Positions 49,275 to 60,314 of a DNA stretch of 64,000 nucleotides are shown here, piece by piece. Positions within the stretch are counted from its first letter, which is position 1. Each line of letters starts with the position of its first letter. Both the position numbers and the translations under genes were made by a program. Source of the stretch: Hyaloraphidium curvatum SAG 235-1 (lineage: Eukaryota; Fungi; Monoblepharomycota); the NCBI GenBank assembly GCA_025558095.1, contig JAIVFI010000003.1, positions 62,001 to 126,000 of the forward strand. The letters run 5' to 3'. The notes under the pieces were generated by a model, which was not told the DNA's origin, did no database searches, and was given only the letters and a program-made list of their open reading frames with translations.

Positions 49275-49447
49275 TCCACCTGCTAACCCGAGCCCGACGA
49301 GGGTTCGCTCGGTTCACTCGCGCCGGGGAGACACGGAGGGAGGGCCCGGTCGCTAGGTAGCGACCGTGTAGGTCGAGGTGATGGGGTCTGGCGTGATGCC
49401 AGCGGGGCGGAGTAGAGGTTGTCGCGCGCGCCGGCGCGCCCTTCCTT
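49275..49447. mobile_element. 173-bp GC-rich structured insertion flanked by a 25-bp exact direct repeat
   Basis: TCAAATACCCAGCTTTGATGTATCT at 49250-49274 and 49448-49472. Confidence 0.75.
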
Positions 49448-49599
49448 TCAAATACCCAGCTTTGATGTATCTATGCCACGGTTTCGATCTGATTTGTCAT
49501 TGACATACATGCAGAGAGATGCCTCGGCGTCACTCGGGGCCTTTGAGCGATTTTGAGACGCCCCACTCCCCGTCTCCCTCTTCGACACCGCGCGGTTGA

Positions 49600-51504
49600 G
49601 GGTTGTGCCCCGCGTCCGCGATGTCGGAGCGCAGGAAGCTCCACCAGACGCACGCCGCCGACGTCTTCCACTCCCTGGAACGGACGTGGGTCGAGAGCAT
49701 TTGCTCCACCAAGAGATCTGCGACCGATTGCCCTCGCGCAGGTGACATCAGTTGCCGCCACCTACATGGCGGTCGGGACGCGGCTCAAGACGCTGGCCGT
49801 GTGGACGCGCGGGCCACCCCAAGGCTCTCATGCGTTCATGGACACCATGCAGGATCTGGATCCGGAATTCCACTCTCCGCTGCCGCTGAACGTGGACCGT
49901 GAGCGTGCGTGCCGGGTCCCGTCTGCCCCCGCCCGCGTTCCGGTGCGTTTCAGTGCTGCTGTACAGGAAATCCGTAAGGGCAACCGCTTCTCTCCACTTT
50001 TGCTTACGTCAACCTGACCCAGGATTGCCTTTCTTCCGTGTACACTCTGCGGGTCAGGATCATGGACACAGATCCTTCAATTTGGAGGTATGTTGCGCGG
50101 CAGGGCCTTTCAGAGGACACGTTCTCACCGTCGCGACAACGTCCAGGCTGATCAAGCAAGGTCCACGGATCGGCACCGCTGCATCACCTCCACTCGTTCA
50201 TTGCCGTGAGCTTTGGCTGGGCCCTGCTGTACCACCAGCAGTACAAGTTCGTCCTCCCTGACTACTTCGAGAGCTTTCACAACTTCAAGAGCACCATGGA
50301 TGCGGTCTTCACCTTCGGCTTCCCGGCCCTAGATGCCATGCACGTACGCCTCGGCCAGGCGGTCCGCGAAAAGGGCACCGTCTTCCACTACGTCTACGAC
50401 CTCGGCATCGGATGGGTGCACGAAATCGAGGTGGTGGACATCGAAAAGGTGTTCCAAGTCCGACTTCGTGCCCTTCTGCCTCGGCGGCGAGCGGGCGTGT
50501 CCGCCAGAGGATGCCGAGTCGATCCGCGCGTAGGTCTCGTTCTCCCTTTTCTGCAAGCTCGTTTACCTTAGCTGGTGCCTTTCGGCAGCTTCCATGATCT
50601 GCCCAAGATTCTGACCGATGCCTTGCACGAGAACCACGAGGAGAAGGTCAACTGGATCCCGACGGTGGCAAACGCGTCCAACAACTTTGCTCACGTCAAA
50701 TGGGTCAAGGACTACAAGTCCCGCCGGCTGACGGGTGCCGAAATCATGAAGATCGCTGACGAGATGAACCGCAAGAACGAGGAACTGTTGACGAGACAGA
50801 TGGAGCTCAACAAGGGGAGGGGGAAACGGAAGGAGGACAAGAAGCCGAGCAAAGCAGCGGGCAGCACCGCTCCCCTCTGGGATTTCGAGACGTTCGAGCC
50901 GCGCGTGAGGAACATCTTCCTGGAGGGATCCGTTGCCGTCGATCGGAAGCTCCTCCCTAACCCTTCGCCCCTCGACCTGGATCCCAAGAAGGCGCCCCTG
51001 TGCCCGATCATCGCGATGCCTGCAGGGACCGCCTTCCGGGAGCACACCCGCACGCGGGGCTTCCTCGACCGCATGGCCTTTTCCCACGACACCCTGCGGC
51101 GCTCCTTCGAAGGGGTGCCGGTGGAGCACCGCGTCGCGTTCGCCGTACAGCACATTCTCCGGGAAAAGGGGCGGATGCCCGACGCCCGGGAGATGGTGGA
51201 GATCGAGGCGCGGGCGGATCCGAAGCCGATGGAAGGCGCTCCGTTCCGGTTTCCCCAGGTTTTCTACCCGCTCGCGACCTGCTCGGGGTGCGGCAAGGCG
51301 GAAGGCCGCGTCCTCGGCGACGTGAAGGACAAGGTCGCACTCACAAAAAAGTCCGACATCGACAAGGTGACCTACGAAATCCTGGACACGAAGCTGGCCA
51401 TCTGCTCGCGCTGCCGCAAGGCGTTCTATTGCTCGTCCGATTGCCAGCGCAAGCATTGGCCGACGCACAAGCCGGATTGTGTCAAGCCGACAAAGGCTAC
51501 GTGA
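49600..51504 (+). CDS. pRiA4b ORF-3-like domain plus C-terminal MYND zinc finger; possibly a pseudogene, 5' structure unresolved
   Basis: LHHLHSFIAVSFGW; FHYVYDLGIGWVHEIEV; PFCLGGERACPPED (apparent frameshift near 50454); CSGC..CSRCRKAFYCSSDCQRKHWPTHKPDC. Confidence 0.7.
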
Positions 51505-51552
51505 AGCGCGGTAGTTTCTCGTTCAGGTGGCCCGCTCTGGTAGCCAGCTTCG

Positions 51553-52545
51553 CTAATCGATGGCGATCAGCCCCTTGACCTTCCACGGCCACTCGGCGTC
51601 GTCCCCGTCCGGGCTCCGCTCCACCACCACGACCGCGCGCTCCGTCCTCTGGGGCGCCCCTTCCTCCGCCGGCCCGGGGTCCTCATCGGCCTTGAGCGCC
51701 AGCAGCGACTGCTTGCCGTAGTGCAGCACCAGCACGTCGAGGAACGTGTAGGGCTCCCCCGCAAACAGGATGCGGGCGCGGAGGCCGACGTCGTCGACGT
51801 CGACCAGGGGTTGCCCCACCTCGGCCTCGGTCTCGACGATGCGGGGCGCGCCGACGGCGGGGGAGTACCAGAGCGGGAGCGCGCCGCCCCTGCGTTCCAG
51901 GATGAAGGCCCCGACGCAGCCCATCATGGGCTGGATCTTGCAGTCTTCGTACTTCCTGGTCGACAGGGCCGGCTCGTCGGCCGTGGCGGCGGGGATCTTG
52001 ATGCGGTCCTTGGGGTCGCTGGCAGCGGCCTTGGCAAAGAGCTCGCTGCCGTCGGGGTAGGGGACCCCGCTGACCTTGCCCTCGTCAGTCGTGCCGCGGA
52101 AGACCATGCCCCAGTTCTTGAGCGAGTCGCGGAACTGCAACGGCACCGCCGCGACGTCGGCGTCCGAAAGGGGGGCGGCCCGTCGGGCGATCACGTAGAG
52201 TCCGCGGCCGTCGAAGAACTTGTCCCCCAGGGTCGTGATCCTCTGGAAGTCCGAGTCCAGCGCAACGGCATTGCGGCCCGCGGCGATGATTTTGCCCTGC
52301 ATGGGAGTGTGGCTCCACCCGGCGGCGGTCATCTTGGCGATGAACGCGTCGAAGGCCTTGTCGTCGGCCGAGAGCACCGGCCCGTCGGCATAGCCGGGGG
52401 CGTACTGCGGGAACAGCGCGGTCTTCGCGTACAGCGCCTTGTCGCGGGTGCTGAACGCGTGCTGGTACGCCGCGAGCACGTCGAGCGCGGCCTTCGCGGG
52501 GGCGTCGTCGGGCGGGAGCGCCGTGGGGAACGCGAGGACGTCCAT
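51553..52545 (-). CDS. Hypothetical protein with an N-terminal NTF2/SnoaL-like domain
   Basis: 330 aa, strong GC3 bias, intronless. LAAYQHAFSTRD..ALFP..GWSHT..FQR..GLYVI pattern. Confidence 0.65.
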   Translation of the reverse strand: MDVLAFPTALPPDDAPAKAALDVLAAYQHAFSTRDKALYAKTALFPQYAPGYADGPVLSADDKAFDAFIAKMTAAGWSHTPMQGKIIAAGRNAVALDSDFQRITTLGDKFFDGRGLYVIARRAAPLSDADVAAVPLQFRDSLKNWGMVFRGTTDEGKVSGVPYPDGSELFAKAAASDPKDRIKIPAATADEPALSTRKYEDCKIQPMMGCVGAFILERRGGALPLWYSPAVGAPRIVETEAEVGQPLVDVDDVGLRARILFAGEPYTFLDVLVLHYGKQSLLALKADEDPGPAEEGAPQRTERAVVVVERSPDGDDAEWPWKVKGLIAID

Positions 52546-52880
52546 CGTGCCCGGTGACTGGTCGACAATAGGCGATTCCCGTGGGCTCGACTCTAGAGGC
52601 CGATTGGTTTAGGGTTGTCGGCGTCGGACCCCGTCCCGCCTCCCGCTCCCCCTGCCGATCAGGGCCCATTTCTCCCCGGGAGGATTCGCCCGCAGACGAA
52701 GGACGAATTGGAATATCCCGCACGAAATGTAATGCTACCATCTCCCACTTTATCACCCTTTGCGTTGCTGTCGAAGCCTATTGATGTAGCCGCGAGTCCG
52801 CTTATTTACCCCCTCAAGTCCCGCCGGAGAAACATAAAGACAGAAACATTTAGCAATTTGATTGCTTGAACCAGCCGCAA

Positions 52881-54108
52881 TCAACCTGATGGCGCCACGG
52901 TGCAGCACGTCGCGATGAAGCCCTCTCCACGCGACGGATCGCACCCCCAGGTGAAGAACTCGTCCAACTCGCCGTTGTTCGGATTGCACGTGAACGACAC
53001 ACCGGGACGGTTGACCAGGAAGCGGGGCGGGTCGTAGTTTTGGTCCCTGCACAGAACGCCGTTGCAGTTGTCGGCCGTGGATCCTTCAAACTCGGCAAAA
53101 TCGACGCAGCAAGCATCGGCACCGGTCTGGGGGAGGCAGGCGCCGTTCGAGTTGTCGCCGGCGTCGCTTACGTCGCCCGTTGCCAGCATGCATGCCCTGC
53201 CGGAGCCCACTCCGGGCGGGCAGGTCTTGAAGGAGGTCATGCAGGTCGTCCCGACGAACGGCTTGCAGCATCCGGCAACCAGGCCCTCGGTCTGCGAGAG
53301 GCCGGACGGCGCCGCGCAGGATCCGGTGGCGCCTACCACGACGATCCCGTTCTGGGCGGCCTGGCACGGGATGGTCTCGGAGGAGTCCGCGAACGCGACC
53401 AGCTCGCTGCCCGGCGTCAGGCAGAGTGGCTCCGCCGCATTGGAGCACGGGTTGGCGACCGTTTTCCAGGTGTCTGCATTCACGCAGCAGAACGAGCTTC
53501 CATCGGGGATGCACACCCCCATGGGGTTGATGCTGGTAGAAAATGCGCCGCTGGATGTGTCGCAGACCCTGTAGGCGGCGTTGGCGGCCGTGGGGTCGCA
53601 CTGCTTGAAGGCCCCCAGGCCCGCGCCGGAGCAGGTGTCGCCGAGGTAGCGCCGGAACAGGGAGTGGGCGTCCTGCTCGGCGTACGCGACACAGGCGACG
53701 CCGCCTTCGGGGGTTCCGGGGTAGCCATACTCGCTGGCGGGAGCGGGAGCGGGGCGTCGGCAATGGTGAGCGGAGCGTCGGTCGTGCCGGGCGTTGTTCG
53801 CCGGCCGGCGTGGCGTTTGCCGCGGCAGGGCGGCCGGATGACCGGGGGGGGTGCGTGTACGTCAGAAGACCGTGCGACCGGGTTCGCGCCGCGCCTCGGT
53901 CCCACCAGAACATGCCGACATCACACTCGGCGCAGCTGCGGCGAAACAGCACGCCGGTCGCCAGATCGGGCAGCGGCCTGCAGGGGGAGCGGGCGGGATC
54001 AGTTACGCCCCTCGTCGGGGGCGGACAAACACCCACGTCGCCGCGATGGCGGCGGGCCCGAGAGCGATTAGGACGGCCAGCACCGTCACGATGGCCGTCG
54101 GAGCCATG
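52881..54108 (-). CDS. Secreted Cys-rich protein
   Basis: Signal peptide MAPTAIVTVLAVLIALGPAAIAA, followed by introns. Last exon ~53736-52881 has more than 20 Cys, including CC pairs. Middle exons uncertain. Confidence 0.65.
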
Positions 54109-54849
54109 GCGGTAGCCGGTGGGGGTGCGCGGGAGGGGGAGGTTCGGGCTGGAGCGGATATTCCGCGGAAGGGACAGGGCGTTGCGCAGGACTCACTCAC
54201 CAGCCCGCGGCGGTACGATTATTCGGCCGCATCTTCCCCTAACGCACGGCAATGTGGGCGAAACCGCAGGGAAAGAGCGCAGAGCGAATCTATGGGATAT
54301 CATCAAATTTGTCCGCAGTGTCGCGCGCCGCGGAGGTGCCGAAGGCGGCCACGGCACAGATCGCCCGCCTATTGATGCCTGAAGCGATATGAGGGGCGCT
54401 TTTTGTTTCGTGCCTACGGAAATATGGCAGTGGATGCCGTCTCCACTCGGATGTCTGCAACGGCGGTACCATTGGGGGAAGATGGGGTCTGTATCTATGT
54501 TGCACCAAGTGCTAGCTCTAATCAATCCTTGCCGCCTCGCTGCGTTCGTAATGGCTTTGCTCCTGGGCGGAAGTCCTATGCTTGGACTCGGTCCCGCACC
54601 TATTCCATTCGTTTGACCTCGGCAAGGACCTGCACAGCGCCCCTTTTGGGACGAGGCGCGCGCGCGCCCATCTCAGCAATCCAAACAAGACGCGCAACCA
54701 CTTTCGGAACGCGGGACGGCCTGTTAGTCCCAGTTCCTGCCCTCATCTCTGACTGAGGGGGAAGCATTCGGTGGCAAGCCGGGCTCGGAAGCGCCTAGGA
54801 GGCCGTCCCGTGCCGCCAGAGAGGCGGAGCCACAAACACCGCCGGGCAC

Positions 54850-56160
54850 ATGGCACTGGCGCCGTCTGCTTCCGCCATCCCCGGCTCGACATCAAACGAG
54901 TCTCTGCCGGCATACTCGCCATTCAACCCCCCGGACCCGTGGCGGGACCCGTCACTGCCCCCTCCCGCGCCCCCGGCCGCCGCCCCCACGCGCCCCCCTC
55001 CGCCGCCCCCGGCCCCGGCCCGCCCGCCGCCTCCCCCACCCGTCCCCGATACCAGGATAAACTACAACGTGTATCCCAGCGGCGACCGCAGCAACGCCTC
55101 GCTGCCCAACATGGGCACCCTCAACACGGACACGTACATGCCGGGAAGGACGCTCAGCGACGACGAGATACCCATGAACCCCAGCCCGGCGAGCCCGCCG
55201 CCGGGCGCGGGACCGTACGATCCCGTGCCTGCGGCGCCTGCTCCCCCCGCCAGCGCCTGGACGTCCTCGGGGGGCGGGTCGGCGGGCAGCATGGCCAACG
55301 TGTACGAGCCGGTCGGGTCGGCGGGGAGTAGCGCGTACTTGGCGGCGAACGGAGCCCAGCAGGCTGGCGGGAACGCGTACGGGAGACCGTACTGGGACGC
55401 TCCGTCGGCGACCAGCAACGTCTATACCGTGGGTCACTGACGTTCTGGCGGCCGTTGAAGTCAGCTCACAGTCCTTGTTCATTCTCAGCCCGTCACGCCG
55501 GCGAGCTCGCCGCCCATGCCTCCTCCGACCAGCTTGGCCACGACCAACAACCCCGCCCGCCCTGCCAACGCCCCCGCGGCAAAGCCGCCCCGGAAACGCT
55601 CCGAGGACCCACGTCCCTGGGGCAACCCGTACTTCTGGATCATCCTCTTCGTTCTGCTCCCCTCGGCCGCGCTATCAGGCGTCGCCTGGATCCTCTGGAA
55701 CACCTGGACCCTCGAGTTCCCCGACGCCGTCACCCTCGCCCTCCCCCTGCGTGTGCTCTCCTACCTGGCCTTTATTTCCCTCGGCCTCTCCTTCACGTTC
55801 CTCCTACTCTCGATCGTCGGCGACCAATGCTGCACCGCCCCCGACCCCTCCTCCACCTCGGACCGCCGCATCCGGAAGCAGCCCCCCGTGTGGCTCGTCG
55901 ACCTCCGCCTGGCGCTGTCGGTCCTCGTGGCCTGCGCCTTTTTGGGCACGCTGGTCAGCTACTCCGTCGCCCTCTCGCCCAACGTGAGCTTTCTGAACTC
56001 GGCGTGCGCGGTGCCGGGGGTCTTTTGCGGGCAGGCGAGGGCGGCGCTGGGGCTGGCGTCGGCGGCGGGGTTCGGGTGGCTGCTGCTGGCGGTGTGGTCC
56101 GGGGTGAGCAGGAAGAAGGCGGTGTGGGCCAGGGCGATGAAGCAGGCGGCGAGGGTGTAA
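54850..56160 (+). CDS. Pro-rich N-terminus plus four-TM (MARVEL-like) membrane protein
   Basis: Intron 55429-55488 joins ORFs 54850 and 55516 in frame; four hydrophobic helices. Confidence 0.7.
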
Positions 56161-56339
56161 CTTGCGCGGCGTGATTTCAAGACGGATCTGGTATTTGGCC
56201 TCCTCCGGGGCCCTTGATGCCTCCAAGTTACACTGGTTACGACTGATCGGCTTTTCGCCTAAGTTACTTCTGCCGGGACCCGCGGCCCGCGATCCATTTT
56301 TCGACGTCGCAATCCTCCGAAAGCGTCCCCTTTTCCCGT

Positions 56340-57635
56340 TCACGCAGCGAGCTTGTCCAGCGTGCCCGTCTCCTCTGCCAGCAGGTAGTAGAACGTCACC
56401 CTGCTCTTGTTGGTCACCCCCTCCATCCTCTCCACCACCCTCGCGATCGCCGCGTCCGCCTCCTCCTTGGAGAGCCCGAGCTTCTTGGCCGCGAACCCGT
56501 CGCGCACCGTCGCCAGCTCGCGCGGGTCGGTGGCGGAGACCCACTTAGCGTCGCGGGACTTGAGCGCCGGGCCCGAGTAGGCGACGATGGCGTCGACGGC
56601 GGCCTGGGAGACGGCGCCCGAGGCGTGCTTGGCGACGTCCTCGGCGTAACCGGTCAGGGGCTCGTCGTCTTCGTGGGCATGCGCGTGGCCGGCATGGTCG
56701 TGGTCGTGGTCGTGCTCGCCGTGGTCGTGAGAGTGCGCGTGGCCCGAATGGTTGTGGCCAGCGTGATCGTGCCCGGCATGGTCGTGGTGGGCGTGCCCGT
56801 CCTCGGCCTCTTCAGCCTGGGCCTCGGCCTCCGCTTCTTCGGCCTCGGCATCGTCCTTGCCGGCCTTGCTCCCGCCCTTCTTGCCGCCCCTGCCGCCCCG
56901 GCCGCCGCCCCTTCCCCCGCGCTTGCTGCGGCCCTTGCCGGCGTCCTCCTCCTCGGTCTTGCCCGTCAGCTTGCTCAGCCTGCCCGTGTGGTGGGCGAGC
57001 AGGTAGTAGAAGGTGACGCGGCTCTTGTTGTTCTCGTCGTGCATCTCTTCCACGACGTCGGCGATGGCCTCGTCGGCCTCCTCCTTGGACAGGCCGAGCA
57101 CGTTGGCCGCGAAGCGGTCCCTGATGCCCGCCAGCTCCTTGGGGTCGGTGCCCGAGACCCACTTGCCGTCGCGCGACTTGAGGTTGTTGCCCGAGTACTT
57201 GACGATGGCGTCGATCGCGTCCTGGTCCACGTCGCCGACGTATTGGGCGATGTCTGCTGCGTAGTTCTCCTCGGCGGCGGACTTGGCCCTGCGCGCCGGC
57301 CGCGTGCGCCTGGGCGCCGGCTCCTCCTCTTCCACGGGCTCGACGGGTTCCTCGGGCTCGACACGCTTGGTTCGCGTGCGCTTGGGCGCCGGCTCCTCCG
57401 CGGGCTCGGCGGGCTCCTCGGGCTCGTCGCGCTTGCGGGTCTCTTCGGCGCCGGCATCGCCGTCACCGAGGTCCACGACGACGCCCTTCTCGAGGTGGTG
57501 CTCCGTGCTCGGGTCGTCGTCGCGGCCGTCGTCGGGGTGCTTGATGGGGGCGCCGGCGGGCGCAGAGAGGTTGATGGTCACATTGTGCTCGAGGTGGTGC
57601 TCCGTCGACGGGTCGTCGTCGCGGGGCGCGCTCAT
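56340..57635 (-). CDS. Protein with two DUF2853-like domains and an RGG/His-rich linker
   Basis: Two copies of YAxD[IV]A..AIDAIVxYSG..LKSRD.KWVS.TDP.EL..RD.FA...LGLSKEEAD.AIA.VVE.M...NKSRVTFYYLLA. Intronless. Confidence 0.85.
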   Translation of the reverse strand: MSAPRDDDPSTEHHLEHNVTINLSAPAGAPIKHPDDGRDDDPSTEHHLEKGVVVDLGDGDAGAEETRKRDEPEEPAEPAEEPAPKRTRTKRVEPEEPVEPVEEEEPAPRRTRPARRAKSAAEENYAADIAQYVGDVDQDAIDAIVKYSGNNLKSRDGKWVSGTDPKELAGIRDRFAANVLGLSKEEADEAIADVVEEMHDENNKSRVTFYYLLAHHTGRLSKLTGKTEEEDAGKGRSKRGGRGGGRGGRGGKKGGSKAGKDDAEAEEAEAEAQAEEAEDGHAHHDHAGHDHAGHNHSGHAHSHDHGEHDHDHDHAGHAHAHEDDEPLTGYAEDVAKHASGAVSQAAVDAIVAYSGPALKSRDAKWVSATDPRELATVRDGFAAKKLGLSKEEADAAIARVVERMEGVTNKSRVTFYYLLAEETGTLDKLAA

Positions 57636-58081
57636 GGCTTCAAGCTTTGGGCAATCGGAGGGGGCAGGAGGGCCTGAGGGCGCGATGCGGCGCGCGAGAG
57701 AACACGGAAGAAACGGCCGCCGCGGAGGGGGCGGTGCAAGGGCAGACCCTGAAAAGCCAGGGCGTCGATCGGAAGCCTTCCGTCCAGGCCAAGCGCTCCT
57801 CGGCGGCCGAGATTTATCCGGAAAGATGGGAGCGATGTCCAATGATACGCCTCTCTATAATCCGAACGAAGGTGCGGCCAGGGCCCCGCCGATCGCTTTC
57901 CGAGTTCGGAGCTCACAACACGCCCTCCCGGCCAGAAGAGGATAGAGCTCTGCCGTTTCCCATTTCCGACAAACTGGCCGACATTCGGGATTGGATGTTG
58001 CCGCATCAGAGTTCCCGGGGAGGTGAACAGACCCCGCGTCGTACGCTCTGCCTGCGAGGCTTCTCGGTGACTCCCAACAAA

Positions 58082-58749
58082 ATGGCGCACCTCCCTGCCG
58101 ACCTGGCAGCTCCCGCCCCCGATGCCGTGCTGCAGCCGGTCTTTCTTTCTTCGCCGTGCGCGGCCGCTGGGCGCCCGGCCTCCGACGGAGACCCCGCCGG
58201 CCGCCCGCGCCTCTTGCCGGAGATCCTTCTGAACGTCGGCTCGCTGCTCGCGCCCGGGTCGAAAAGCCTCCTGGAAATGATGCTCTCGTGCCAATGGCTC
58301 TATGTTGCGCTGCTTCCGCACCTCATGTCGCGGTTCTCTCGGTATTGGCTCCCTTGGGAGCGGGCGGACGCCCTCGTGGGCCTGCCGGAACGAAACGGCG
58401 CCCTCCGCCTGGTGAAGAACCTGGATCTGCTGAGCATCCGGGCGGAGCGCTGAGCGACAATCCTGCCAGAAGTCGCCCACCGTCTGCTGCGCCAGTGCAT
58501 GGCTCCGGGCTCCGCGCTGGTGAAGCTGTCGCTCTGCTTGGCGAGAGAACAGAACGCCGACGCTTTCGCCGAGGCCGACTGCGGCTGCTTGGAGACTCTG
58601 GAGCTGAGGTGCGGCCTTGGACCACCCCCAGGCCTGCTCGGGCGGCGCTGGGAGTCCTTGCGTTTTGGGAGCAGCTCGGAGCCTTGGCGGGGTCCGAGTT
58701 GATCGGGCTGGACCGGCTGAGGGAGCTGGCCGAGCGGGACGGGGAGTGA
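58082..58749 (+). pseudogene. F-box/LRR-like family member E: premature TGA (58451-58453) and large internal deletion (~58612)
   Basis: LLPEILLNVGSLLAPGSKSLLEMMLSC..; jumps from LETLELR directly to the terminal WTTPRPARAALGVLAFWEQLGALAG. Confidence 0.85.
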
Positions 58750-58931
58750 TCGAGACGCGCGGGGTCCACAATTAGGTGCTTGTTCAGGAACTTCGATGTA
58801 GTTGGTTGGGAACGACTTCGATTTCCATCGATGGAGGCGGATTCGACGTACTGAGCTACTGTGTGGGCGTCCGCATCGTCACCGATCCGCGAGTCGACGC
58901 CCCACCCGCTCCCCCGCCCCATCGCCAAACG

Positions 58932-60122
58932 ATGTCCGCCGAAAACGCCGCGAGCGAAATCCAGAACATTGGAGCCATGTCTTTGCAGGAGAAGGGCCAC
59001 GGGGTCGACGCGGCGCGCCCGAGCCTCGAATCCGCACTGGTCGGCCACGTCGGCTCCTTCCTCGCTCCCGGGTCCCGCAGCCTCCTCAACTTGATGCTCT
59101 CATGCCACGACCTACATGATGCGCTGCTCCCGCACCTCATGTCGCGCTTCTCGGGGGACTGGCTTCCCGCTGACCGCGCCGCCGATTTCGCCGGAGCTTT
59201 GGAACGGAACGGCAGCCTGCGCTTCGTCAAGGATATGGACCTGAAGAAGTACCTCGTGACGCGTGGCTCAAGCTGGGGAGTCCCCAAGCCGAGTTTCAGG
59301 GGCGTCCTCCTGCGGGGCTGCATCGGATCCGAAGCGGTCCTCACCATGCTGTCGCTCCGTCTCCAGAACGAAGGCGACGCGAAGGTCTTTGCGGATGCAT
59401 CGTTCCCGCACTTGGAGTTCCTCGATGTCGATTTGATGCAGGTCGAGCCGCAGTGGCTCCGCTTTTGCTTCCCGCCTTCCCCCAGGCTGCGCCGGCTCGT
59501 TCTCAGCTCGTTCTTCGACCATCTGCTTCTGTCCTCAATGGAAGCTGCCTTCCCTGCGCTCGAAGCTGCCGATCTGAGCGTGAGCCCTCGGCCCGAAGAG
59601 GTTCCATTCTTCCCCAGGTGGTTGCTGGCCAGGACGGCCTCGTGGACTGCATTCCAGCTCACGGAGCTCGAGCCCTTGGCGGAAATCACGGAGTTTCGGC
59701 CCAAGGTCCTCAACATCTTCGGCCTCACCGATCCGGGGGGAGCAGACGGTCACAGCTACATCTGGGGCATACTGTCGCGGTTCCCAAGCGTCGAGGAGCT
59801 GCGCCTGGACTTCGAGATGATCGAGACCCGCTTCTTCGCGCAAGCTGTGCTACCTGCCCGGTTCCGAGCTCTCCATATCTTCCGCCTCATCTTGGTCGCC
59901 GATTCCATCACCGGGCTCGAAGCCGTTCGCCGGAAGCTGGTCCGCAAGCCCCCGCTGAAGATCATGGTGGAGCAGGTGCTGTGCATGACGAGCCCGACTT
60001 GGACGCCGGCGGTTGCACGGAGGGTGGTGAAGGTCCTCGATTTCTGGGAGGAGCTCGGTGCGCTGGCGGGGGCCGAGTTTGATGGGGTGGACGAGCTCAA
60101 GGCGCTCGCGGGGCGGCGATAG
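58932..60122 (+). CDS. F-box/LRR-like family member F (only intact copy)
   Basis: Uninterrupted 396 aa: VGSFLAPGSRSLLNLMLSC..LLPHLMSRF; LxxLxL repeats; FWEELGALAG terminus. Confidence 0.8.
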   Translation: MSAENAASEIQNIGAMSLQEKGHGVDAARPSLESALVGHVGSFLAPGSRSLLNLMLSCHDLHDALLPHLMSRFSGDWLPADRAADFAGALERNGSLRFVKDMDLKKYLVTRGSSWGVPKPSFRGVLLRGCIGSEAVLTMLSLRLQNEGDAKVFADASFPHLEFLDVDLMQVEPQWLRFCFPPSPRLRRLVLSSFFDHLLLSSMEAAFPALEAADLSVSPRPEEVPFFPRWLLARTASWTAFQLTELEPLAEITEFRPKVLNIFGLTDPGGADGHSYIWGILSRFPSVEELRLDFEMIETRFFAQAVLPARFRALHIFRLILVADSITGLEAVRRKLVRKPPLKIMVEQVLCMTSPTWTPAVARRVVKVLDFWEELGALAGAEFDGVDELKALAGRR

Positions 60123-60314
60123 GAACCGATCAGGACGGAGGGATAAGGGCTTGAGCGACAATCGATTGCAGTTTTCATCATCGCTACGTCCGGATTACAT
60201 TCTGATAGGGCTAAGGACGAATCTCGAGACAGTTGCCGACGAGGCTTCGCGCATCGTCATCGGTCCCGCGGGTCGCCTCTGCCCGCTCGACTTCCACGCG
60301 CAATCACCCAAGCG

